64,000 nt of DNA. Origin: a virus. Its lineage: Duplodnaviria; Caudoviricetes. Under the pieces are notes generated by a model. The model worked only from the letters and a program-made list of their open reading frames with translations. It was not told the origin of the DNA and searched no databases. Made by a program: the position numbers and the translations under genes. Shown one piece after another: positions 51,778 to 61,938 of this stretch (positions are counted from its first letter, which is position 1; the number at the start of each line of letters is the position of its first letter). The stretch is taken from positions 1 to 64,000 of IMG/VR virus record IMGVR_UViG_3300035498_000530; one strand, written 5' to 3'.

Positions 51778-52470
51778 TTAAGAGAAATTAATATCATTAT
51801 AATGAGACCAACTTAATATCTCGTTTCTCATGTTTAGTAAATTATTATCATCAGTTTTATCTCCATCGTTAATAGCTTTATCCAAATATGTAATTATCTT
51901 TAAGGCTATCTCCTTGGTTATTCCAAGCTTGTAAGTTTTTAAAAATTGATACCAATTTCCAAAGCACATACTAGGGGATATGTATAACTGATTACTAGTA
52001 TTATGGTACATTTGATGTGGAGTTTTAGAAAGCATTACAAGTTGAACATGATGCTTAATATGCTCCAACTTAGTCAGCTGTACAACTCTAAATGTATTAA
52101 CACAATATCCTGAATTTAGCATATGCTCTGTTATAATAAAAATTATATCAAATAACGTAAGCATGTTATGATGCATTTCGATACTAGCCATTTCTGAAGA
52201 TATATTACCATGTATTTGGCAATGGTCTAATCCAATAGAATATAAAAATGATTTATAGTTTGTATAAGTTTTACTATGTCTGAAACGGGATTCACAGTTT
52301 ATTATAAATCTTCGATAAACATCTGCATCTGATAATGTTTCTCTTGTTTGCATAAAAGGTAATTGAATAAAAGTGTTTGGTGATACTATTATGGGGTTGA
52401 CGTCATTATCCATGCTATAAATATCAGCATAACCATAACAGTTCACATTCTCATTAGCATCCACTGCCAT
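51778..52470 (-). CDS. Hypothetical protein, possible HNH-like fold
   Basis: CQIHG..IEMHH...LVMLSKTPHQMYH; late promoter at 52481-52492. Confidence 0.6.
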   Translation of the reverse strand: MAVDANENVNCYGYADIYSMDNDVNPIIVSPNTFIQLPFMQTRETLSDADVYRRFIINCESRFRHSKTYTNYKSFLYSIGLDHCQIHGNISSEMASIEMHHNMLTLFDIIFIITEHMLNSGYCVNTFRVVQLTKLEHIKHHVQLVMLSKTPHQMYHNTSNQLYISPSMCFGNWYQFLKTYKLGITKEIALKIITYLDKAINDGDKTDDNNLLNMRNEILSWSHYNDINFS

Positions 52471-52520
52471 TACCTCCTTTTACTATAATGTTCCTGAAGA
52501 AAAGATGTTAAATATTCATT

Positions 52521-52958
52521 TTATTTCTTCTTTTTATATTCATCATAGTATGATAAATTAATATCTATTCCATTAAATCCTGGGGTGGATTCATATTCAG
52601 ATTTAAATCGATACAAACCATTGTTATGCTGTTCTGATTCTTCCGGATCTGGCTTTAGCCATTTATATATGAAATCTTTGATTTTGTATATTTCGATATC
52701 ATTTAAACTAAACATAACACGCAATTCGCCAATGTGTGGTATATCCATAATGGCAACAACGTCAGTTCTAATAATACTATCATCACTACCATGACCGCAT
52801 ACTTCATTTAATACTTCTTCAATAGATATATTATTATGCATTTGCTCATCAAACATAATATGTTTAGGATCATCATTTAAATTTTTTTCTTTTAATCTAC
52901 TAAGTCCATTTATAAGTGCATATGAGCATATTGTATCTTTATCTATAATAGTTTCCAT
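52521..52958 (-). CDS. Hypothetical protein, paralogue of 52961-53416
   Basis: IDKDT.CSY..IN; NNISIEE. Confidence 0.75.
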   Translation of the reverse strand: METIIDKDTICSYALINGLSRLKEKNLNDDPKHIMFDEQMHNNISIEEVLNEVCGHGSDDSIIRTDVVAIMDIPHIGELRVMFSLNDIEIYKIKDFIYKWLKPDPEESEQHNNGLYRFKSEYESTPGFNGIDINLSYYDEYKKKK

Positions 52959-52960
52959 AA

Positions 52961-53416
52961 TTATTCCCTCCGATATGTTAATTTCATCTTTATACCTCGA
53001 TGGTGATCAGAATTACTAAAATACTCCTTACTTTTAGTTTCAATAGTATCTAAATCTTCTCCTTCAAGTAACATTGAAAAATTTGTTAATGACTCATACA
53101 TAAAACGTCTAGCATCATTATTTATTCTAATATAATTCGCATTTACGGAATAACGCATATTTATTTTTCCTAATGATTCTATATCCATATCTATATCAGC
53201 TCCAGCTACCATATAACCACTATAATTATCAAATTTATTATTGAATCGTGGGAATACGATATTTGATATTTCTTCAATAGATATATTATTATACTCTTGA
53301 TTTCTCAATCTGATAGGATCCCCTGCCGTACTAGCATTCATCAAATTAGTAATATATAAAAAATTTGCTCTATTTATTTTTACATACGAGCATGTTGTAT
53401 CTTTATCTATCACCAT
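52961..53416 (-). CDS. Hypothetical protein
   Basis: GGAGG RBS gives ATG at 53416. Confidence 0.75.
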   Translation of the reverse strand: MVIDKDTTCSYVKINRANFLYITNLMNASTAGDPIRLRNQEYNNISIEEISNIVFPRFNNKFDNYSGYMVAGADIDMDIESLGKINMRYSVNANYIRINNDARRFMYESLTNFSMLLEGEDLDTIETKSKEYFSNSDHHRGIKMKLTYRRE

Positions 53417-53535
53417 AATATAATACCTCCTTTTTATTAGCATTTAATTAGTAGTTATTATTAATAATTTGACAAAAAATAAAGAGTGAGGACTAATCCC
53501 CACTCTAAATCTGTTAACTTTGTTTAACTGTATAT

Positions 53536-54045
53536 CTATTGATTGTTCCAACATTTTTTAAATAACGTGCTAACTTTGTTTACATTTATCGGCATATCCA
53601 TCCATAATACCTTATCCATATTATTTTTTTTATCATGATATTCCATGCGCATAAAAAATGACCATACTTGATCTTCTGAGCATATATCAAATATATGCTT
53701 TTCATATTTACCATGTTCATTTTTAGCCTTTTGATATTGCTCATCATTAGAGATACTATTTAAATTTTCTTTTAAAAATTTTATGATATCATCCTTAACA
53801 AAATAACCAGACTGATTAAATCTTGGTATTAGACTAATAAAAATAATAGTATTCTCCGCTCTAATATGGATATTTGGCATAATTCTATTATCTTCAATAT
53901 CATCCAGTATATCTTCAATAGAACTTATAATATCATCTTCTGAATGTATTGTTGTTTGTATCTTGTAGTGCATCAAAGAAATATTATAGCTAACTATTAT
54001 TTTTATTTTTTCTCCTTCGTTTTCTATTAACTTTAAGTTACTCAT
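53536..54045 (-). CDS. Hypothetical protein
   Basis: GGAGG RBS. Confidence 0.72.
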   Translation of the reverse strand: MSNLKLIENEGEKIKIIVSYNISLMHYKIQTTIHSEDDIISSIEDILDDIEDNRIMPNIHIRAENTIIFISLIPRFNQSGYFVKDDIIKFLKENLNSISNDEQYQKAKNEHGKYEKHIFDICSEDQVWSFFMRMEYHDKKNNMDKVLWMDMPINVNKVSTLFKKCWNNQ

Positions 54046-54115
54046 ATTATCAATCCTCCTGACAAATTAATCATTATTTAAGTAAAAATAAAAGGGAGCC
54101 GAAGCCCCCTATTTG

Positions 54116-54535
54116 TTATGCAATTTCTGCACCATTGATTCTAATAGTAGTAGTTATCTCGCAGTTGTTGTTGAATATTTTTTCTGAGTGAAACTTTGTT
54201 GTGCTCTTTTTATTCATAACACAATCTACTACTGTTTCTGAATTTAACTGGGATTCAAGAATTCTTTCGATCTCATTTCCAGCTATGTCATTATTTACAT
54301 ATTCATTTGTATTGAATGTTATAGAAATACTGGAATAAGAGCATACTGATATAGTAATCATAACAGTACCCTTTATATATTTACCAGCATGGTCAAGTGT
54401 CTTAAGAGTTGATTCTAACTCTTCTACAGATGATGATTCAAACCACTTAGTTCTTTTTACTGATGATGACTTTATAAAGTCATCAGTTATTTCTACATCC
54501 ATGTTTAAAAAAGTTTTAATAATATTATCAGCCAT
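54116..54535 (-). CDS. Hypothetical early protein
   Basis: GGAGG RBS. Confidence 0.75.
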   Translation of the reverse strand: MADNIIKTFLNMDVEITDDFIKSSSVKRTKWFESSSVEELESTLKTLDHAGKYIKGTVMITISVCSYSSISITFNTNEYVNNDIAGNEIERILESQLNSETVVDCVMNKKSTTKFHSEKIFNNNCEITTTIRINGAEIA

Positions 54536-54553
54536 AATTGTTTACCTCCAGAC

Positions 54554-55231
54554 TTATCTTCTAACTTCTATTTCCATGTACATACCATCAGTGATTACAG
54601 ACCTGTATACAGGCTTAGTTCTATCGTTAAGAATATGATCATCGATCTCATTCATACATCTTTTTATAGCTGAATCAAGTGTATTTTTACTTAAATTATT
54701 TGAGTGCATAAATATTCTCACGATTTCGCCATTGGCGAGTTTTCCATTAATTGTAAAAACGCCAGAATCTATACTATCGGATTCTCCCATAAAAATATCT
54801 TCATTTATTATATCAAAGATATTTTTATAATTGTTCAGTTCGATGAGTTTATTATTTGTGCAATAGCATCCCTGAAAATCATTTAATACAATATCGGTTT
54901 TTATAACTGGATCAAAGATATATCTGGGATTACTATAAGCAATACTATCTGGGTCTGGTTTACAACCATCAGGACTTACATTTTTTTCTTCTATTACAGA
55001 AGCTTTGATGGTTTCTTTGAAAGTATCCTTGATAGTCTTTCCAAGATCCTCAACCGTGATATCTTTGCAACTAATGTTGATACCACACTCAACATTTTCA
55101 AACTTGTAAGAGGTTTGACGTTTCTTGCTTTCTCCGTTTTCCTCTTTTAACATTGTTTTAACCACGTTACCATTAAACTTTACACTTATTTCAATTGCAC
55201 CGTTGATCTTTCTTGTTGTGTTATCTGTCAT
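54554..55231 (-). CDS. Hypothetical early protein
   Basis: GAGG RBS; downstream of the repeat-borne early promoter. Confidence 0.75.
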   Translation of the reverse strand: MTDNTTRKINGAIEISVKFNGNVVKTMLKEENGESKKRQTSYKFENVECGINISCKDITVEDLGKTIKDTFKETIKASVIEEKNVSPDGCKPDPDSIAYSNPRYIFDPVIKTDIVLNDFQGCYCTNNKLIELNNYKNIFDIINEDIFMGESDSIDSGVFTINGKLANGEIVRIFMHSNNLSKNTLDSAIKRCMNEIDDHILNDRTKPVYRSVITDGMYMEIEVRR

Positions 55232-55292
55232 AATATTACCTCACTTATTATAGTGGCTCTTGGTCTTAGATTTTATTATTAGTATAACCTCC

Positions 55293-55430
55293 ACCACTGT
55301 TGTTTATCTGTATATATTACTTATCCATACCTAGGAACATAGTAATTATACTATATGACAATACTATATAAGATACATGTATCTTATTCACAGTTATAAT
55401 ATACAACTAATAATACCTACTTTTACAAAA
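55293..55430. repeat. 138-bp dispersed repeat, copy 2
   Basis: 137/138 identical to 1-138. Confidence 0.97.
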
Positions 55431-55485
55431 GTCCATTATGGTTGAAACGGTAAACATACCAATAATAAAGAAAGGAGGATATACA

Positions 55486-58191
55486 ATGAGTATAAACTTA
55501 GATCTAGTCGCAACAGAAAATCCATTTGTTGATGAAATAATGTATTATACTAAAATACTTACATATAATGCTGTCGTCAAAGATGAGGACAGAGCTTCGG
55601 CTAAAGAAACAGATGAATCAATAGATAACTGGAGAAAATATAGAGCTTGTATGGAAAATAGAGTTCGATTTTCTACGTTATCAGATATGATAACAAAAGA
55701 CATGCTTACTCCACAAAGAGATGGAGTTCCAGAAGTAGGAATACCAGTAGCATTAGCAACATCAGATTCTGAAGATGCTGTAGAAGGAGATCTTCTTGGT
55801 GGTATAACAAGAATCCATAAATATAGATTTGTTGCTTTGTATAATGACGATGGAACTCCAATGGTTGATGATGAAGGATTTGGTATGGTTGATAATAGTG
55901 AAATACTCCCAGGAGATCCAGACTTTGTTTTAGAGGAAGAGTATGTGGATATAGATCAATATATAGAAGATCCAAATTTATTTCCTGATGAAATTAAAGA
56001 GTATCTAACTGAGTATCTCAAAGAGAAATTTATCAATGAATTCGTTGAATTGAATGATTATTATAGAATGCTTAATGGTCTACCAGATTGTGATGACCCA
56101 GGAATAGATATAAGGGATTATTACTCTGCTGTAGGAATAGATGAAACTACAGAAGAAGGTCAATTAATTATATCTAACTTAGAGTCTGTATCTTTTGAAA
56201 ATCGTATAGACCAACCGTACTATATACATGAATTGGATTCTAATGCATTAGCATTAGTAATAGGATATGGTATCTTTGATGCTATAAAAGAAGATTATCC
56301 AAAAAAGAAATACTTAGATCATTTATCAGAAGCGAAGATAGATATATACACTGCTAGATTAGCATACAACTTTCAATTATTATATCTACCAGATGTCGAA
56401 CTTAATGAGATAAGAGAAAGATATAAAGAGAGATATGAAATAAATAGAAATGTTGTAATCAAAACTGTATATTCTGAAGCTATGAAATATGATTCAGATT
56501 ACTACAATGAGTTTATCATTATATATATTCTTATACATACAATGATAGACATATTATGTCGTATACAGGAAATTATTCTTAGAAGAGAGTTTATAGATTC
56601 TAGATGTATAAAGTATATATTTAGTATGTATCAGATTCCATACTATGAAGAAATTCCTGTAAAGTATCAAATAAATCTTATGAAGAATATAAACAATCTT
56701 CTTAAGTTTAAATCTACAGAAAAGAATATGACTGATATCTGTGCATTATTCGGATTCAAGAATATAGATATATATCGTTACTATATTCTTAAGAGAAGAA
56801 ATAGAACAGAAGAAGATTATTATGTAGATGAAACCATAGGAGATAATCATGATCCTTTGAGCGAATATGAGATGAACTTTATAAAAGTCCCATTAGGAGA
56901 TTCTGCTGATTTATACATAAAGGAAGATGAAAATTATCTTAGTTATGATGAAGTAACAAAAGCAGATGACTATTGGGATGGAGAAATATCTCATGATAAA
57001 ATTAAAAAAGAACATGCATTGGAAGAATTTGTATACAGAAAGAGTAAATATCTTTCTGTAGATACTATAAATGATATTGCTAAGAGCTCATTTGAATCTA
57101 GTTATTTCAATGGAATATTATTCGATGAATTTAACTTAGATGGAGTTCATAGTAATGATGGAGAAGAATATCATATACACTCTCAAAGAGAGGATAATTT
57201 ATTGATATCTGTTCCTTTGATAAGCACAAGCCAGAGTTTCCAATTAGCACATTTATTTGTGCTTATGTATGATTTAGCATTTGCTTATTATGGAATAGAT
57301 TCTACAATACAATATGATATAGATAATATACTTTATGTCTTAGGATTTAACTTTACTGATATCACTAATAGATTTAATGATTTAGCAGAAGATCTTAGAC
57401 GTAGAGGATATAATATACAAAAAATGCTTGATAATGACAATGATGAATCTACAGATCCATTACATATTCAAGACACGTTTAATATAAAAACCAGTTCTGA
57501 AACAGATATGATTTTTACAGCAAAGAATCTTGTAGAATTATTTAATTATAATATGGAATTCAGACAATATCTTTGTGAAGAAATGTATAACGCTCAGACA
57601 TGGGAAGACTATAGAGCTTTTGAAGAAATATATGATGCATTTATGATCTCTAAGTATAATAGAGATTACTTTGCAAAGAATGATTCTCCAAAAGATATAG
57701 GTGATTATTATGAAACATTGACAGACTATCTTAGAGTAAAAGACCCTAAATTGTATAACTGTGCTATAGAAGTTAGAAATATGACAGATGAAAAGTCTAA
57801 GATAAAAAGAATAAATGCTCTTATGTATAATATTACACAGAGTATAGATCTTGTTCTTAAAGATGAAGATTTATCTAGTAGCATATATACTAATCTTCCA
57901 GGTGTTAGTGCAGAATTCGTTAGGGAATATATGGCTAAGATAATAAACTTCTTTAAGTCATTTAGAGTTCAAATATATAATGTAAATTCAGTTCTTCAAT
58001 TCGGATCAGATGATTATGGTAAGTATCTTACTTATATTAGATACAATGATCGTATTGGAGATATTACATCTTATATGAGAAAATATGATCACTATGATAT
58101 GAAAGATGACATGCAAAAATTAATCAATATTGAAAAGACTGATAAGTTCAGCATGTTTGACAAAATCAAAATAACAAAAACATATAAATAA
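55486..58191 (+). CDS. Large virion structural protein (baseplate-wedge-like)
   Basis: Late promoter (55453-55464) and GGAGG favour ATG at 55486; NINNLLKFKST...LFGF pattern. Confidence 0.7.
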   Translation: MSINLDLVATENPFVDEIMYYTKILTYNAVVKDEDRASAKETDESIDNWRKYRACMENRVRFSTLSDMITKDMLTPQRDGVPEVGIPVALATSDSEDAVEGDLLGGITRIHKYRFVALYNDDGTPMVDDEGFGMVDNSEILPGDPDFVLEEEYVDIDQYIEDPNLFPDEIKEYLTEYLKEKFINEFVELNDYYRMLNGLPDCDDPGIDIRDYYSAVGIDETTEEGQLIISNLESVSFENRIDQPYYIHELDSNALALVIGYGIFDAIKEDYPKKKYLDHLSEAKIDIYTARLAYNFQLLYLPDVELNEIRERYKERYEINRNVVIKTVYSEAMKYDSDYYNEFIIIYILIHTMIDILCRIQEIILRREFIDSRCIKYIFSMYQIPYYEEIPVKYQINLMKNINNLLKFKSTEKNMTDICALFGFKNIDIYRYYILKRRNRTEEDYYVDETIGDNHDPLSEYEMNFIKVPLGDSADLYIKEDENYLSYDEVTKADDYWDGEISHDKIKKEHALEEFVYRKSKYLSVDTINDIAKSSFESSYFNGILFDEFNLDGVHSNDGEEYHIHSQREDNLLISVPLISTSQSFQLAHLFVLMYDLAFAYYGIDSTIQYDIDNILYVLGFNFTDITNRFNDLAEDLRRRGYNIQKMLDNDNDESTDPLHIQDTFNIKTSSETDMIFTAKNLVELFNYNMEFRQYLCEEMYNAQTWEDYRAFEEIYDAFMISKYNRDYFAKNDSPKDIGDYYETLTDYLRVKDPKLYNCAIEVRNMTDEKSKIKRINALMYNITQSIDLVLKDEDLSSSIYTNLPGVSAEFVREYMAKIINFFKSFRVQIYNVNSVLQFGSDDYGKYLTYIRYNDRIGDITSYMRKYDHYDMKDDMQKLINIEKTDKFSMFDKIKITKTYK

Positions 58192-58211
58192 TATTATTGG
58201 AGGTATACATA

Positions 58212-59246
58212 ATGAATAAAAATAGATTTCTAATTGATAATTTTGAAATGAAAGATAGCTCTACCTTATCTACTCCTCCACATAGTCCCTTTAGAAAAAC
58301 AGAAGTGACTTTTTATGTAGCAGGAACAGATAAAGTTATATGGAAAGGTAGCAACAGAAGTGTTTTAGGTGGTGCTCCATTTACAGCTTATGATCAATTT
58401 GAAATAACAGACCCTAGTGGATACGATCTTAGAGAATGCATGGTTAATTATGATTATTTCTCTACAGATGGTGGAACAGATGATTCATCTATATTTAAAT
58501 TAGCCGATACTGAAGTTCTTAATACTCAAGAGGCTAAGATAAATGAATCTAAATGTTATTTATGGTGCATAGGCAAAGGAGGAACAGTATCTAATCCTAC
58601 CCAGCTTATAGCTAATGAATTTGCATCTTGGATATGGCCTACAGATCTTATCCCATTTAGGACTCTTAAAGACCCTATAGGAACAGGATCCAATGAGGAC
58701 TTGATTGGAAAGTATTATGGATCAAGATATATTGCAGGAGTAACAGATTCAGATCAGACTTATTATGCTTATTATTTCAAGAAGATAACTAACGCTTCAG
58801 CTAAAGTAAGAATTAATGGTGACGGATATTCTATTACTGATGCTGTAGCAGATTCTTCTGCAATTAAGAAGCAGCTTGAGTCTAGATATAGAGCTAAACA
58901 TGGATTGGGTGTACCTGAGGACACAAATAATCTTGGCTTAAGATATTATAATACTCATGAAACAGAGTTTTATACAGAACTTAAACTTAGCATCACAACA
59001 ACAGAACTGAGAGAGTGGTTTCTTATTACTGATAACGATAATGTTAATCCAGATAATACACCTCTCAGTAGTGCAATTGTAGATTCATTATCACTGTGCC
59101 AGGCAACTCCAATATATAATAAAGATGATTATACTAAGCCGGTGGCTTTTAAAAATATAACTCCAATGACCAAGCTTAATTTCTATTCAGAAAATATTGG
59201 AGACTTGGACAAAGGTATAGATATTGTATACCAGCTATATTATTGA
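58212..59246 (+). CDS. Putative virion structural protein
   Basis: Late promoter at 58179; WCIGKGG..IPFR..YYFK. Confidence 0.7.
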   Translation: MNKNRFLIDNFEMKDSSTLSTPPHSPFRKTEVTFYVAGTDKVIWKGSNRSVLGGAPFTAYDQFEITDPSGYDLRECMVNYDYFSTDGGTDDSSIFKLADTEVLNTQEAKINESKCYLWCIGKGGTVSNPTQLIANEFASWIWPTDLIPFRTLKDPIGTGSNEDLIGKYYGSRYIAGVTDSDQTYYAYYFKKITNASAKVRINGDGYSITDAVADSSAIKKQLESRYRAKHGLGVPEDTNNLGLRYYNTHETEFYTELKLSITTTELREWFLITDNDNVNPDNTPLSSAIVDSLSLCQATPIYNKDDYTKPVAFKNITPMTKLNFYSENIGDLDKGIDIVYQLYY

Positions 59247-59303
59247 TAAATTGTGGGAATGTAGTTCAATACTTCATTCCCGATTTTTATTGGAGGGATT
59301 AAA

Positions 59304-60533
59304 ATGTCACAAAAAAGAAAGGCTAGAGAGATCACCAAGCAAGAGGAAATTGATTTCTTCTTGAACTTGACAGAAGACGAATGTATTAAAACTTCATTTA
59401 TCGCAGAGAATTTTGGTATATTTGAAAACGGTAAATCTAAATACAATACGTACGATATAATAACAATACCACCAGGATCATATAGTTTAGGTGATAAGAA
59501 AAATACAAAACCGTTTAGAACAACACTCGGATTATGGGTGTTTAATAAAGGACTAATCGAGAAAGACTTTGGTAATATACTTGGTTACATAAATACTCCT
59601 ATAACCAAAAAAGGCTTAGGTAAGATCAATAAAGAATTATCATATGCCTTAATGGAAGATAAGATTACTATAGATCAACTGAAGACATTTATAATGAAAA
59701 CACAAAAGTGTCAAGCATTTGTAACTATACTGTCTTCTAATCAAACATTAGATATTCTTTTGTGCTCTAAAAGGATTGAAAGTAAGAAAAAAGAGCTCGC
59801 TAAGAAATATGAAAAAGAATTAGCTGATGGCGATTTGGTAACAGTAACAAAAATGGAAGAAGAACTTTTAGATTATGCTAAAGATCTATTGGATGGCGAT
59901 CCATCATTAGATTATTTTGATTCTGGAGCTGCCGGTTCTTATGGCAATAACTTCAAGAATATGTATGTAATGAAAGGTGCCATGAAGGATCCAGATCCAA
60001 CTAAAGGTTATAACGTAGCGCTATCATGTTATTCTAGCGGTATATCAAAGGACGAGTACCCAATTGTGGCAAATAGCTTAGCAGCTGGTCCTTACGCTAG
60101 AGGTAAGAAAACGAAAAATGGTGGATATTTGGAAAAGCTTCTCTTATCAGCTTGCCAACATATTGTTCTTGATGAACCAGGTTCAGACTGTGGTACTAAA
60201 AGATGTGTTACAGTTCATTTAACTGAAGCAAATGTTTCAGATTGGATGTACTCATATATATCTGAAGGATCAAGATTAATAGAACTTACTTCACAGAACA
60301 AAGATAAATATATTGGTAAAACCGTTAAGTTCAGATATTCCAGTCTATGCGAAAACGAGCATATATGTAATAAATGTGCTGGTAATCTTTATTATAGATT
60401 GGGAATTAAAAACGTAGGAAGCACTATGCCACAGATAGGTTCAACGCTTAAAAATATAGCTATGAAAGCATTCCATGATTCAGTTCCGGTACTTACTGAA
60501 ATGGATCCCATGAAGGCTTTCGGTATTAATTAA
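59304..60533 (+). CDS. Phage RNA polymerase beta' C-terminal fragment (probably virion RNAP)
   Basis: Bridge helix GGYLEK..SDCGT, Zn site CENEHICNKC, trigger loop MKAFH; lies in a late unit. Confidence 0.85.
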   Translation: MSQKRKAREITKQEEIDFFLNLTEDECIKTSFIAENFGIFENGKSKYNTYDIITIPPGSYSLGDKKNTKPFRTTLGLWVFNKGLIEKDFGNILGYINTPITKKGLGKINKELSYALMEDKITIDQLKTFIMKTQKCQAFVTILSSNQTLDILLCSKRIESKKKELAKKYEKELADGDLVTVTKMEEELLDYAKDLLDGDPSLDYFDSGAAGSYGNNFKNMYVMKGAMKDPDPTKGYNVALSCYSSGISKDEYPIVANSLAAGPYARGKKTKNGGYLEKLLLSACQHIVLDEPGSDCGTKRCVTVHLTEANVSDWMYSYISEGSRLIELTSQNKDKYIGKTVKFRYSSLCENEHICNKCAGNLYYRLGIKNVGSTMPQIGSTLKNIAMKAFHDSVPVLTEMDPMKAFGIN

Positions 60534-60549
60534 GAAGGAGGTCCTATGT

Positions 60550-60603
60550 ATGATGGCAGCATTTGGGATTTGTATATTTATAATGGCAATAGTTTTGCTA
60601 TAA
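60550..60603 (+). CDS. Possible 17-aa hydrophobic micropeptide
   Basis: AAGGAGG, 8 nt, then ATG; MMAAFGICIFIMAIVLL. Confidence 0.4.
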   Translation: MMAAFGICIFIMAIVLL

Positions 60604-60619
60604 TTTAGCAAAAAATAAA

Positions 60620-60645
60620 CCCCGTAGGTAATAATACCTACGGGG
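60620..60645. terminator. Terminator between convergent units
   Basis: CCCCGTAGGTA/TACCTACGGGG stem. Confidence 0.85.
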
Positions 60646-60651
60646 GACTTG

Positions 60652-61464
60652 TTATCTATTTGAGAAATACATATTAGATAATAGCTTATATAAATATATA
60701 ATTATGTTCATATTATAAGATATATCTAAAGATCTTTTATCTTCTTCTGATATATGATCAGCATAATATTCGCCTGAGACGAGATTCATACCAAATTTAT
60801 ACTTAGATATAGATGAAAATTCTCTATAGAATTGATGTACGAATTCATAGTTAGTATAATTACTATAAGTATTTTTTACTACATCTATTGCCTGAGGAAT
60901 ATCATCAAATCTTTGTAATATATAGAACACTACTGTTAAAAAATCTAGGAAATATCCTTTATGATACTCTAGTGCTTTTTCTCCAATACCTTTGACATCT
61001 AAGATATCTTCTTTAGAGATATTATCATATCTATAATAACACTCTAATTTGTTTCTAGGTGTTGGTATTTTATAAAAACTATTATATATATTTTTCAAAG
61101 AGAACCTAAAGTCACCGAAATGTGTATACTTAGGCTCCCTATTAATCACAAAAACAGCATCATTCTTAATAGCAAGTACATCATTATTTGAAATAGCATT
61201 TTGCTCGAAAAATTGCCGTTTTGCATAAATAATACCTTGCTGAATAGATTTATATATAGATTTATCATTCTTGATTTTAAGACCTACATATACTTCCCTT
61301 GAATGTTTATCAAGGGAGTTTAAATAATCATATTCTGATTTTGGTATTCTTTTTGTAAAGAGTAATGCATTTATATTAGCCTTAGATAAATCATATTCTA
61401 TTATAGTTGCATTCTTAATATAATCTATATCTAGCAAATAGTTTACATTCTCGTATAGTTCCAT
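60652..61464 (-). CDS. Small DNA-polymerase palm-like protein
   Basis: IIEYDLSKAN (motif A-like), LAIKNDAVFV (motif C-like), LDVKGI. Confidence 0.55.
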   Translation of the reverse strand: MELYENVNYLLDIDYIKNATIIEYDLSKANINALLFTKRIPKSEYDYLNSLDKHSREVYVGLKIKNDKSIYKSIQQGIIYAKRQFFEQNAISNNDVLAIKNDAVFVINREPKYTHFGDFRFSLKNIYNSFYKIPTPRNKLECYYRYDNISKEDILDVKGIGEKALEYHKGYFLDFLTVVFYILQRFDDIPQAIDVVKNTYSNYTNYEFVHQFYREFSSISKYKFGMNLVSGEYYADHISEEDKRSLDISYNMNIIIYLYKLLSNMYFSNR

Positions 61465-61937
61465 TATACAATACCTCTTTCTATTAATATCCTAAGATAT
61501 CTATCTCGATCTTGTCCGAAATTGTATAATCCTTCTAAGCTAAGAGAAGTATCAACTAATCCTTCAAGATCAGATGTATCATGTATATAATTTGCTATAA
61601 TTCCATATCTTTGTTGAAGAATCTTTATAATAGATTCTGTTAAAATATCTTTAGAGTTAGTATCATTATCTATAAGAATATATACGTCTTCTCCTTCATA
61701 TACATCCACTACTATTGACATAATCTCTAAAAAAGAATCATTGTTGCCATATACATAATTTATATACTCATTGTCGAATAGAACTTCATCACCAAAATCT
61801 ACTCCATTTATACGAAAAGCAGGAATCAGATAATGTAATCTGGTTCCTGCCTCTACTATAGATAGAAGATTATAAACTTTGGTAAACATATTTCCACTTC
61901 TTCTGAGTATATCTATATCTCCAAATACAATTTTCAT
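61464..61937 (-). CDS. Hypothetical protein, distant paralogue of 61939-62652
   Basis: RBS favours ATG at 61937. Confidence 0.7.
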   Translation of the reverse strand: MKIVFGDIDILRRSGNMFTKVYNLLSIVEAGTRLHYLIPAFRINGVDFGDEVLFDNEYINYVYGNNDSFLEIMSIVVDVYEGEDVYILIDNDTNSKDILTESIIKILQQRYGIIANYIHDTSDLEGLVDTSLSLEGLYNFGQDRDRYLRILIERGIV

Positions 61938-61938
61938 A

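Noticed and set aside
1-55430. 138-bp repeat as a terminal repeat or att site
   Set aside because: Core genes lie on both sides of copy 2 and no integrase is present; sequence left of position 1 is needed to exclude this fully.
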